Shown here: piece by piece, positions 27,436 to 39,304 of the stretch
Layout of the letters: each line of letters opens with the position of its first letter
Position numbering within the stretch: position 1 is the stretch's first letter
Assembly (NCBI RefSeq): GCF_001949145.1
Contig: NW_019091362.1
Coordinates: 2,902,204 to 2,966,203 of the forward strand
Source of the DNA: Acanthaster planci
Lineage: Eukaryota
Length of the DNA: 64,000 nucleotides
Direction of reading: 5' to 3'
Program-made: the position numbers and the translations under genes
Notes under the pieces: generated by a model
Database searches by the model: none
What the model saw: the letters and a program-made list of their open reading frames with translations, nothing else
Told to the model about the DNA's origin: nothing

Positions 27436-30400
27436 GTGATCTCCAGCAGGGCAGCAAAAGTTTTGTGAGGTGAGGGGAAGAGGGTCCACAATACCAAAAA
27501 GCCTTGTAGAAAAAATGTAGGAACAAGATGTTGGAGATTGCAGATTTGCCCCCCCCCCCACGACCGGCACACAGAGTCAGGGTTAAGACAATTTGACCTG
27601 AACAGATTTACGGACATTGTAAGGGTCATGGAAACAGTTTCAAGACACCCAACTTTTATAGATACAATGATTTTACGATGAAAATACTGTCTGTACATCC
27701 TTCATCGACAGGGAACAATCATTTGAATTCAAACGGCTATGTTCTACCTGTACATTTGAACGTGGAAAACCCATCATTACATTTGTTATAAACAGCCCTG
27801 TTCTATGTATGTATACATGTATGTAAAACATGGCTAACATACACTACCCTTAAATTCTGCATTTAACAGCAATGTTCTATATTTGAAGGCATTTCACCCC
27901 CCTTGCATATTAAAACACATGTACATGTATGTACCCAGAAAGCTAAAATAATTGGGTCTAATTAAAGGTTTGTTTTTTTCTGTCTCCCCAAAATGAAAGG
28001 TCTTCAACATGACAGTCCTTTCACTTCCTATCTGTTCACAGCAACCACGACAAGGAAACGTTGGCCAAACATCCTGTCATGCACATGTATCTCACCTTGG
28101 CTCTCCCTAACCCAATTACGGCAGCATTAGGAGTTCAGCAATATGACATTTGCAAAAAAATCCCCATTTCCTAGGTTTGGTGAAGAAGGGATGTATCCCA
28201 TCCCGCGGTGATGGCCCAGTTACTGACGAATGGAATTCACTGATTTGTTTTGGAGATTCGGAGCATGTTTATCTTTCAGAATTGGAGGTCTTGAGGGATT
28301 CTATAATGTAGGAAGTTGTGCCCGGGATATGACCACAGTGTGACAGCCTGACCTGATTTTAACTGTGAGCCATCGCCGCACATTCCCACGCTTGGTGACA
28401 AAAGGAAATGGGTTGGGACAGGGAAACTGCATGTAATTTGCACGCGATCGTCAGCAATTCAAAGCCAGGTGGCTTGCTGAAAATCTACCTGCACATACAT
28501 GTACGGCATGCACAGTACATGTATATTTTTGTCCATCATTTTGGTCTGTGCGTAATTAAAGCCCAAGATCTCTGACACCTGTGTATGTATTAATGCATGG
28601 TTTATGTACACCTGTAGGATTGCATTGCCACTATCCATAAATTTCTTTACCGTCATATAGCCCACATGTAGATCACAGTTGGCTATTCAACCTTCAGAAG
28701 AAATTTTTTTCAGGGCAATGTACAGCAAATGTAGTACATGTAGGCCTATAAATTAATTCCCAGCACTGTGGTTTGAATACAGGACTTTGTTAGCAAAGCA
28801 CAAATCCTATATGTACATGTACATGTATCACGACAACTGCAGTAACCTACATGTACACGTATGTATGAACATGTATAAACATTAACATACACAGTACATA
28901 AAAGCAGTTGGAGCACAGTGTTTTTAATGAGAAGTTCAATGCTTGCCACATGTTTCAACGTGAGTTACAGCTTACAAGTACGGTACCTTTACAGCTGCAG
29001 AAAAAAAATCATGAGTTTTCTCCCTTTATACACAAAGTAAGGAAATTATCATTTCAGCACCTGCATGTACACTTGAGTAGCCTGAAGCTCAGTGAAATGA
29101 GATAACTTCCCAAACTTATTTACAAGTTGATAACCCGCCCCGGTACAATATACAGGGACTGTGTGTAACACAAAAACAGCATTGAATTGGTTAATAAAAC
29201 ACTCTGCACTTTTGAGGTTGAAGCTGTACAAAGTGTCTACATGTAATGGGAGTCTTTGAGACGCTTTGTGGCCAGCAAACATACACCTACTGATTTTTTT
29301 TTTACCAGTTCTGAGCATACGCCCATTGTTCTGAGCAGGCATACGTGTACAGGTAGTTCTGAACACGCGCAATACTGTGAAGAAGGAACGTTACGTCTGC
29401 TGCCACCAGCATCTCAACGTCTCACATTGTGAACAGGTTCACGAGGACTGGTATGCATACATAGTATGATACCTCGTGTAATCGGGAAGTTTATGTTCAT
29501 GAGCAGGGTACATGTCGTTTACTACAACTGCTCTTCTCTACTACAGCACTGGGCAGTGATTACTTTGATACAAATTTGAAAAGGTTTCAAATGCCTAAGA
29601 TATTGGGGTTATAATTTTAGTGTTTAAGGAAGGAAGCAATGGGATTCATCCAAATTTTGTCTGTCTTCTTTTTTGGTATTTTATTTTTGGCACTTTTTTT
29701 TTTTAATTTCGGGTACCGAAGAAAATTTGTGTAATAGGATATCAAGGATGTACATGTAACTCTGTATTACATTCACTACTCCCTAAAAGCGTGTCTCCTT
29801 CAAACTTGCTGTGCAGCAACATAATCTGTCGCACATAATGTCCGAAACACAACAATCCGAAGTCTCCGTGTGTGCACCGCACATTTTCGCATTTAGCATT
29901 ACTTGGGCACCGTTTTCCCCCCCATAATTAAGTTCTTCTTCATTACGTTTGGGCGCTCTCCCTCTTCATCGAAACCAGATATACCGCATCGGGTGGCGCT
30001 CGGCACACATCCACACAGACTCTCCCCTTTACACAGGGTGTAAGGAGACACCCCAAAACCCTCACGCAGGCTGTCTCCGATTCTGCTGAGAAAAAAAAAA
30101 AAGGGAAAAAAAGGCCCCCATGATGTACTTGTGCATGTGGTACACACAGCACACACTCTGTAAGCAAGAGAACCACTCCGTAGCAAAGGAAGTTCTTGTT
30201 TCTCTGAACCCGTGCTATTGGTATTCATGCATGTACAACTGTGCTGCAGCCTCGACACTCATCTATGTCAATATGCTTGTGTTAATGCTCCGTAAAGGCT
30301 GCAAACAAATATGTGCCAAGTGAGGACAAACTGCAAAGTTTTATTTTACACCAATGTTTACGTGACCGCACCTTACGTGTACCGATACGTGCATTAAGTC

Positions 30401-31297
30401 TCAGTTGATGACTTACCGGTATCAGCCTACATATATGCACTTTGACTCACATGTGCAACACTCCTTTTTACAGATGACAGTGTTGGAGAACTTTCTCCAA
30501 TACACACAGTTGTCTGTGCTTATACAGCCACAATACACCTAATACCCATATACATGTCCACGTTTGTGTACGTCTACTTTATCTCGTTCATTTAGTGACA
30601 TGCCAGGTAAGGTGAGAGTACAGAGGTGTTAGGGTGGCAATCAATCAAAAAATACAGTACACAAGTAGTGCTGGCAAATGACTTCTGAGTTGTGACTTCC
30701 CCTGGGGATAAATTTGAACAACACTGGTCCTTACCGGATCTTTCCAAATCTACAACGGAGGGGGGACTGTTTTGCAGGATTGTTTGAGGAAGTTAAAGCT
30801 AAGTCACTTTAAAACACAAGGATGGAATTCACGTCCCTTGAAAGCAACATCTGTACCAAGAATATGCTGACTGGTTGCTGCATACTGATGAACTGTCATG
30901 TACATGTAGCGGTAGGAGGATTCGAGACAGTTCCAAACCCCTGGAGTTATGATGATAAATTGAGCCCAAGATGGAGCACCAACACAATGTCTTTTGTACT
31001 AAATCACATCTTTCATCCTCGCAAAGTTTGGTATTGTAGAGAGAAGCAAGGTTTTGAAAAACTAAGCACATGAGCAGTAGCGTTCAAGAATTAACAATTA
31101 TGGTGCATGGACACCAGTACTAGCAGCTGCCACTCAGAATCTTTTCAGTACAACAGAACTTGCGTGTACCCAGTACATGAAGCAAGGATTTTCTTCTTTA
31201 ACCAGAGGCTATTTGTAAACATGTTCATCCCGGCATGTTTACAAGGGTGACTTGCTGAAATCTGGACTGAGCAAAGCAGATCATGCTGACAGTCTTG

Positions 31298-31473
31298 AAT
31301 GTGGGCGATTCACAACAGTGTGCCTCCAAGAGTTTGCAAAGCATTGACCAATCACAGAGCGTGAAATCTGTCGACACTTTCGAAACACGCACTGGGTCGA
31401 CAGATTTCACGCACTGTGATCGATTTACGCATTGCAAACTCTTGGAGGCGCACTGTTGTGAAACGTCCGCATT
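31298..31473. mobile_element. Near-palindromic (fold-back) MITE, ~175 bp
   Basis: Arms GGGCGATTCACAACAGTGTGCCTCCAAGAGTTTGCAA...ATCACAGAGCGTGAAATCTGTCGAC pair with GTCGACAGATTTCACGCACTGTGAT...TTGCAAACTCTTGGAGGCGCACTGTTGTGAAACGTCC. A second family member lies at 63350. Confidence 0.85.
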
Positions 31474-31964
31474 GTCCAGCAGTTGGAGTATTCTGGACTC
31501 TGCTCCTGTCAATGGACTAATGCACTGAGGGGTAAAAATGTGTTGGCGTGACTGTGCTATGAACTTTGGGAAGAAGAAGCCCTTCGCATCAACGGCCCTT
31601 GGAGTAGGATGGAATATCCAATTTACAAAATGGAGGTGCACTTTGCCAGCGCCCTAATGGTGAAATCTTATATGGTGTTCACCATGCAGTAAACGTTTAC
31701 CTTGTCGGGTCTTACAGGCAGATGACCAGATCGATCTGGTTAGGAAGAAGGGAGGGGGGGCTCTTACTATGGGATTCTGATAACAAGAGGAGATACTTGG
31801 TATGGCCAGGTTCCTGTTCTCCTAGATTTCTCGCACACAAATGCACGTGTACACCACCATGCCTAAAGGGACAGCTCTCAGCATTAACCTGACAAGTATG
31901 AGTTGTGAACAGTCTGAGATTTCAGGATTTTTCCCCACACAATTTGATTTTCCCGCATACCACC

Positions 31965-32488
31965 CTATTTTGATAAAAATTTTTTCTAACCTGCTTCTAA
32001 GAGGGGTAATGCTGAAATGACCATGACTTCTGAATGCGTACCATTTCCAACAGAGCACTGGCTGTCGCCGAAGATCTCCAACTGGTTTCTTACCATCAAC
32101 ACATTACATTTACTGAAGAGCTCTGAAGTCCATTGCGGTTCTGAGGGACAGCGCCAGATTTAAACAGTTCATTTCCTATTTGTTCTCAGAAGGCTTCTAC
32201 CAAAAGGAAGCATGGAGGACCTACGGATCAAACAACACTTATTTTGATGAGTTTTTCCATTTTGCCCGCCTGCTGTTATGAGGGGAAACGCCGAAAATGA
32301 CCGCGAATTCTGAATGCGTGCCCTTCCCAACAGATCATTCCCTGTCGCCAAGGATCTCCAAATGGTTTTAACACTGAATGGATGCAAAGCACAATCAGGT
32401 TGGGACAGCAAAAGATTCAAACAGTTCACTTCCTATCGGTATTTGTACCCGGATCGCTCTTGGTAAAAGGAAGCATGGAGAACCAACT
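31965..32488. repeat. Diverged head-to-tail duplication, ~275-bp unit
   Basis: Shared blocks in the same order in 31965-32238 and 32239-32488: TATTTTGAT; CCTGCT..TA.GAGGGG; AATGACC; TTCTGAATGCGT; CCAACAGA; CTGTCGCC; GATCTCCAA.TGGTTT; GGGACAGC; AAACAGTTCA.TTCCTAT; AAAAGGAAGCATGGAG. Confidence 0.9.
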
Positions 32489-33732
32489 GTTTCAAGTTGT
32501 CATTGTTTGTTTAGTCTGATACAAAATTCTACTTTACATACTTAACCACTTTGGAAGAGATCTTGACACACATTGTTTATCCATTAGGTGTCAGATATGG
32601 GAGTTTAGAAGTCAGAGCCAACAACTGTAGATAAGCGATGTCTAAGGTCAATGGCTTTTAAACCATGACAATGACTACAAAATTTCTACTGGGCCCAGAC
32701 AATGGCAAGATCGTTTGACTAATTCTGGGGTGCTTATAGTCAAAACAGAAATCAACATTTCCTTTCCTGAAGAGATTCTAGTGTATAATTTAATGTTCTC
32801 AGTGACAAACAAATATTCAGAACAAGATACTCTCCCACACAAGTAATTTTTTGAAACAAGATCTGACCTGATATTGAAGAAGAGTACTTTACAAGGCACT
32901 TGCATTTTAGTTGCCAGTGAAATCATAGAATATATGGGACCTGCATGTATGACGTGAGACTGTTGTTTTCCCTCAAGGCACTTAAAACAAGAAGTAATCT
33001 TGTTCACATTTATCATTTGAAGTACTTTCTCTAAGGAACCATATTTGTTCCCTTGATACAGGAAACAGATAATTTTTTTTACTTCTAATTGCCAATGTGA
33101 ATTACAGATTCGGCAAATTTCAAGTTCAAACCCTGTTTGCACTACTTTCTACAAGATGCAGTTACCCTTTCTCAAATGGGAAAACTTAAACAACTTGAAC
33201 AGGCATTTCTGTGACAACATCAGAAATCAATTATACTGCTAACACTTGGAAAATATGAAAATACCAAAAATGGGCTATTAAATAGCTGGTGAACACAAAG
33301 CTCAAATTGAAAAAAAGTTACATTGTGTGTACTTTCAGGGTAGACTCAGACAATACACTACACTGTAAATACATTTTTATTACCGTATTATTCATCTTCT
33401 GTATTCAAATTGTTGTGACATGTTTATTTAAGTAATTGATTCATTAACGTACACCATACATGCATGTACATGCATGCAACAGTTGGTAAGATGGAAACGC
33501 ATTGGTGCACACAAGGGCTGAGAATAAACAACACAATTCTGTACGGGTATCAAGGTAAACCCACTGCATGTCATTCAATTTTACTGCCGGGTTGATGTTG
33601 AGAAAGATGTTGTAAAGCTGGCACGAAACCAAATACATAAGGTAAATTATGCAACATGAACTTATAAAAAAAAAAACACCAGGGAATTTAGTGCACGTAT
33701 GTACCTCCACACAGCAAGCAATGAATGCCACT

Positions 33733-33935
33733 CGGTAGATGAACAGCAATCAACTTCAGGGATTTGTTACAATTCTACAGAGGGTGCATTATCCGTTAAC
33801 AGCTATCAGTATGCCCAAATCAATGACAAAGAACGTACGGTAGATGAACAAAACTCAACACTAGAATTGTTACAATTCTACCAATTTGGGGAATTATCAC
33901 TTATCAGCAGCAAACAGCATTGCCCACTAGTGCAA
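33733..33935. repeat. Diverged ~105-bp tandem duplication
   Basis: CGGTAGATGAACA...TTGTTACAATTCTAC...ATTATC...TGCCCA at 33733 and 33838. Confidence 0.75.
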
Positions 33936-35256
33936 TGCAATTGACGTTGTGGATTACAATATCTGACATGTGCGTGTAGTGCGCAACAAAATGAAGTGCC
34001 TGGCCTCCAAAAAGTGCAGCTGCACTCACATCAAGGTCTTTTATTCATGAAGAGGAAATGCATACGAGTAGATGGACTGATCCCTCCCAAAAAAAAAATT
34101 CTCATGACATCGTTATATTTCATATGAGTCTCGGGTTTGGCACGTTACACCTGACCTTTCGCTCAATCAGTCATATGCTTAAACAAGGTCATGCAGAAAG
34201 AGTTCAAAACCTGACGCTCCTAATTCCATTAACCACTGCGACCACTGAAGCAAAGTGGAGGGGGGGGAGATCTGCCAAACACACACAGGCAGGCTGACCG
34301 GGAGCTTGCTAGCCTTTGCAATGATGCCAAATGGTGTCCCAGAACTACTCAGACATATCTAATGTGAGATCTACAGTGCAATCACCCCTTTCCAGGCATC
34401 ATCCCCCACTGCATGTTTGGATTTTTATCAGGTAACATTTGCACCACTGGCTCAGGCTGCTTGCTATCTGTGGTGCGCGTAAATTGGAATAAAGTAAAGC
34501 AGATAAAAAAAAAAGTGCAGCACCTTGTATAGTTCAACCGGTGAACCCACAGACCTGTTTAAATGCACTTCTGAAATCATAACACACTTGTTCTGTTTGC
34601 TCCATGCACAATCAGTTAATCATTATCCATTAGGGACCGGCCACTGTATGTCACAAGCAAGTGGACACGGCCACAAAGAACACCAGTGCTTGCCAAAGGG
34701 GTCCACAAATTTTAATCACCATTTCGCCATCAACAATCCACTGAGCACATTTCCCTGCACCTGCATAGTGACTGGCAAGCCATTTTTCTGACGAGTGAAA
34801 ACAATCCCACGAAACAAAATTTCCCATTTCGAGCAAAAAACTACTGGAACAGAATCTTGGAAAAAAAAAAAACAACACGAAAAATGCAACTCACAAAAAA
34901 ATTAAACCAAAAAAAAAAAAGGAACAAAAAAACCCTGACCAACACTTACCACAAACGACTTGCCCCAGCGGTTTTGTTAATTGCATTCTTGGCCCAGCGA
35001 CAGTGGCCAAAATGATTTTCCTGAGCCACGATTACCCTTCTCCAGATGGCCGTCCCTGATTTCCAAAGCACACAATATGCAAGGCTACCGCTCATTTGTA
35101 TTACCTCTGCTCTCAATTACTTGCTCCTCCGTTACCCTGTGCACACATGACCTCTTATTATAGTTCGAGTACATTATCCATTCTCCCGGCTCCGAGGCAC
35201 GGATGCTAATGCCGCGCTTCGGCCTCTCAGAGAGAGGCAGTTGATCCAAAGATGTT

Positions 35257-35272
35257 GCTGCCCTCTACTGGC
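35257..35272 (-). promoter_or_regulatory. CTCF-like motif
   Basis: Minus strand GCCAGTAGAGGGCAGC matches CCASYAGRKGGCRS and lies in a CpG-retaining patch. Confidence 0.45.
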
Positions 35273-38200
35273 TGCACCCATCTCATTTTTCTTCCCGAGT
35301 GGGCTAAGAAAAATTGACTGTGACAAAGGTACAACTTACAGGCTGAAGTAATGCAATATGCAAATTATTCTAAATATTATCGTTGTGATTTGTTCATTTT
35401 TTATCTTTCTTTCGCATTTCAAAACTAAGAAATTAATAAATCTGATCATTTTTGCTGAACCTAAAAACTCCATTCAAGAAAACCAAAGGTGTAATGAACT
35501 AGTGTGAATCACAGAAATTTGTTAACAGTTGAAGGTGACAGAATTTTCTAACCATTAAATTCATCAGCTTCTGATATTTGTTCCTTGACATTTCCAAATT
35601 GAAATGTTGTCATACTGTTACCTCATTACTGATAATAATTCCCATACAAAAAACGTAGCTTTACAAAAAAAAAATGAAAGCAGAAATAAGGGTAATTGTA
35701 CTACTTATTATTTTTGCTGTGTTTTTTGAGAAACTTTTTAAAGGTACAATTACCTCTGATAATGAGATCGATAACAGCATGACCAAATGTCAACTTTTGC
35801 ATGGCACTCTCCACCTGTGATACAACAACGATTTTTGTTGAGGCATGTTGGGTATTACACCTCAGTCTTACAATACATGTACCTGCAAATTGATGCCAGG
35901 AACTGGTTTCATATTATGGAACATTACCCATAACTAACTTCCCAAGTTACTTAATACTCATTACCGGTAGTTTTCAGATGAAGATAACACAAGGTTTTAA
36001 AGGGTTTACAGCCGATTTTGTGATCATGTCCAAGGGTCGTTGGTACAGAAAGAATAAGTCAGTCGAATGCATTTTTTAATGATCAAAGTTACAAGGTTTC
36101 TTCTATGGCTGTCTGGGTAGCCCTGTTTTTTTCAATGTATGTACCGTATGCTGCCCAGTCTCTGTACTCCCACTGCATGTATTGCACAACACTATATGTA
36201 GTTTTCAACCATTTGATGTAAAATTTTCAAGTTGAAACATGTTCCACATTGTCTAATCCTTGGCAAAAAGTTTCTTGACACTTGTTCTTTAACACCAATT
36301 TACATACATGAAACAGTATGTAAGTCTGACATGAACCTTGAAGTTCTCAGGCATGTACTGTACATGTATGTATGTATGGATACATGTACACATACTGTGC
36401 ATGTACATGTTGGGCGTGATTGGTCGGTCAGCATGATCGCACGATCACAGACTGCTGCTGGGGTAGGGCTATCTGTCGATCCTGTACAGAAACTCCAGTT
36501 GTCCTTCCCTTTTCAAAAACAATCTTCCTCCACCACTAATGGGAAAGACGAGGCAATAGACTGATGGTGGAATTATCTGCAAATCATGCAACAAGATTGA
36601 CAAATCATGCAAAGACCGAGTAATTGCTCAGATCAACTAATTGCGCCCAACGTATACATGTATCTTCAGTTGTATCATTCTGTATTAGACATTGATACTG
36701 GTAGGGGCATGTCTATGGACATTTTCTGCAGCGAATGGACTCAAATTGCTCAATTTCAAGCAAGATGAGGCAATGTCCTAAGGGCATTGCATAAACATGT
36801 ACCGGTACTGTGCCAGTAAGGGGAGGGGGGGGGAAGGCAGTTGAAAAAATCTCTATCCAATTCCTCTGCACGGAAATTCTGGTGTAACAATGTTTTTGGA
36901 TAAAAAACATGTGCATGCATCTCAATCATTTGAGTCAAATCCATCCATTTGTGCACATAAGGTCCCGAGTACGTCACGTTCCTGAGAGTTAACAATGCGT
37001 AAGACTGAGCTTTGCTCTAAACAAAACAATCCCCCCCCCAAGAAAAAACGCAACACGTTTCCTTCATCTGTCAGTGAGCTGATGTACCGGTATACGTAGA
37101 CGGAAAATTTCCACAATGGCAAACAGTGCAATTACTGGTACTCATATGCCAACATGATGAATGCCACATATTTGCATTTTTGCAGCTCACTTTAGAGGGA
37201 ATTTAAATAGAAAAACGCACTTTGCAACCAAACATCTGTGGACGGAGAAATCTGGACAATGACGAGAGAAATAATGACTATGCACTGAGAATGTGTAAAA
37301 GTCAAGTAATGACCCTATCATAATGACAGCACTGGTGTAATTGGCCAGCCTCCAGGGTCCATCATGATGAAGTCTTTCACACTACGAGATGCAATAAATT
37401 CTAAATGATCACTCAAAATAATCCTGGTGGTATAACTGGACAAAATAAATTTTCCCAGGACTGAGACAGGTCGGACAGCACTTTGGGGATCTGAACACCT
37501 GTTGATTGGCAAACAAAGTTCACGGACTGTGTATGAGAAACAGCTTTCAAACAATACCCCTTAATGGGACTGTATTGGACTGACTGAACCACAATTTAAA
37601 AAAAAAAAAAATTATAAATAAATACTGGAACATGGTACCGGTAGGCCTACATGTGAAGAACCGAAAGTGCTTTGCACTCTTGGGCTTTTGTGTGAGATCC
37701 TCAGCCGTGAAGGTGGAATTTGTGATTGTGTAACCGGACAGCAAACAAGGGGAGAGGGGGAGATACATGTAGGTGCCTGCATGTGGACAGGCGCTACGCC
37801 ATGCGGATGCGTCCGTGGTGTTGCCGGCATGGGCCGATCGTCATTCCCAGCACGTTCTGAGCTCTTGGGCCTCTGGGCCTTTGCATTTAGCTGTCTGACA
37901 ACGTAATCATTCAATGAAAAGTGCAATGGAACAGCCGCATGTGCAGGTTGGCTTGCATTTATAAACACCCACTTGAATGGAGGCTCTTGATTGATAACTG
38001 TCTAGATCCCCACTGCGGGATAACAAAGTCATTAACGAAAGCCTGGGAATAGTTTGTATGCATATATTCCTGAAACCATGCACTATAGCAAGTTCACGTA
38101 TTAAAGATCTGAAGGTTCTGACAACTGGAGTTAATGTACTCTGATTTCCTGTTATTTGTGAAGGGCTCAGCTGGTGCAAGAGAGATACATATATTTTGTC

Positions 38201-39158
38201 TCAGGAAGAAATACATGTATCATCTTGTGCAACCTTAAAATGCATAGACTTCTCTCCAGCTACAATGTATATTATTACATGTAACAGTTAAAATCTTTGG
38301 TGACTGGAAGTTAACTGGTAGGCCTACGTACATGTACATGCAGTTGACTGTTGGCTATCATTAAAAAAAAAGAACCCATTCAACAGTAAGAGCAAGCATT
38401 ATGGAACTACCAAAATACCGATTTCTTAACAGATGCCGGTATTATCAAAACTTAAGCGAAGGTACATTTCAAGTTAATTCTGAGAGCTTACGGTACATGT
38501 ACCGGTACATTAACCATTTTGAGGCGAAAGCTGTTACCGGCAAGTTCTTTTGTATGAGATTGTGGTAACACTGTATGACGTCACTTACATGTATATAAAG
38601 TCACCCGTGTTGAATGCCTTTGCCTACACATGTGCTCCACATGTAAAAATCACACTTCTGGACAAATTCAGTTGTGCTTTCCTTGCAAGCCTGGTTTTTT
38701 TTTTTCAAACCAGAATGACTATAGGCAACATGTACCAGTACATGGACACAGCCGCCCACACAACATGGCAATAAAACACTGCAGGTCTTTAGCCCTGTAA
38801 GTTATAATTTTTGATGAGACATGCAACTCCCTTTGAGCTCTGCTTGTATACAGTACATGAACCGGTGTCTCCAACAAAAATTTACCTTTCAGCATGCAAT
38901 TTTTGTTTCATGCTAGACCGATCTATAAGCAACTGGACATTTTGGCCTAAAGCAAAAAAATAAATAAATAAATAAAAAATCATGTGAAGCCGGAAAAAGG
39001 GCAGCTCTCATGCATAAAGGGACATTTTGAAAAAAAGAAGTAGTTTTTCAGTTGTAATTTTCATTTCAAGGGCCTTGAAATTAGTAATATGCTTTGGTGT
39101 GTATGCAATGAATGAAAGGCGATACATGTACAGTATAATTTGACAACCAGAATTAGAA

Positions 39159-39304
39159 GCCATTACTGCGGTGGCGCAACACTCATAGGCATGGGGTACG
39201 CGCATTACATCTCTCTTCGACCAATAGGGTGTCATGATTTGCCAAATGTCCGCGTGTCAAACTGAAGAATGTGCGTGTGAGTGTTGTGCCAACGCAGTTA
39301 TGGC
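39159..39304. mobile_element. Small MITE-like inverted-repeat element
   Basis: GCCATTACTGCGGTGGCGCAACACTCA (39159-39185) is inverted at 39278-39304 (TGAGTGTTGTGCCAACGCAGTTATGGC) with 24/27 matches; the interior is CpG-rich. Confidence 0.7.

Noticed and set aside
32300..32370. Minus-strand Cys/TGA alignment between the two duplicated units (GDSQCSVG versus GDRE*SVG) suggesting selenocysteine
   Set aside because: It rests on a single substitution, the plus-strand frame explains the differences better, and there is no splice or SECIS support.
37238..37260. miR-184-like sequence TGGACGGAGAA
   Set aside because: Only the first 11 nt match; the rest diverges and no precursor hairpin is evident.
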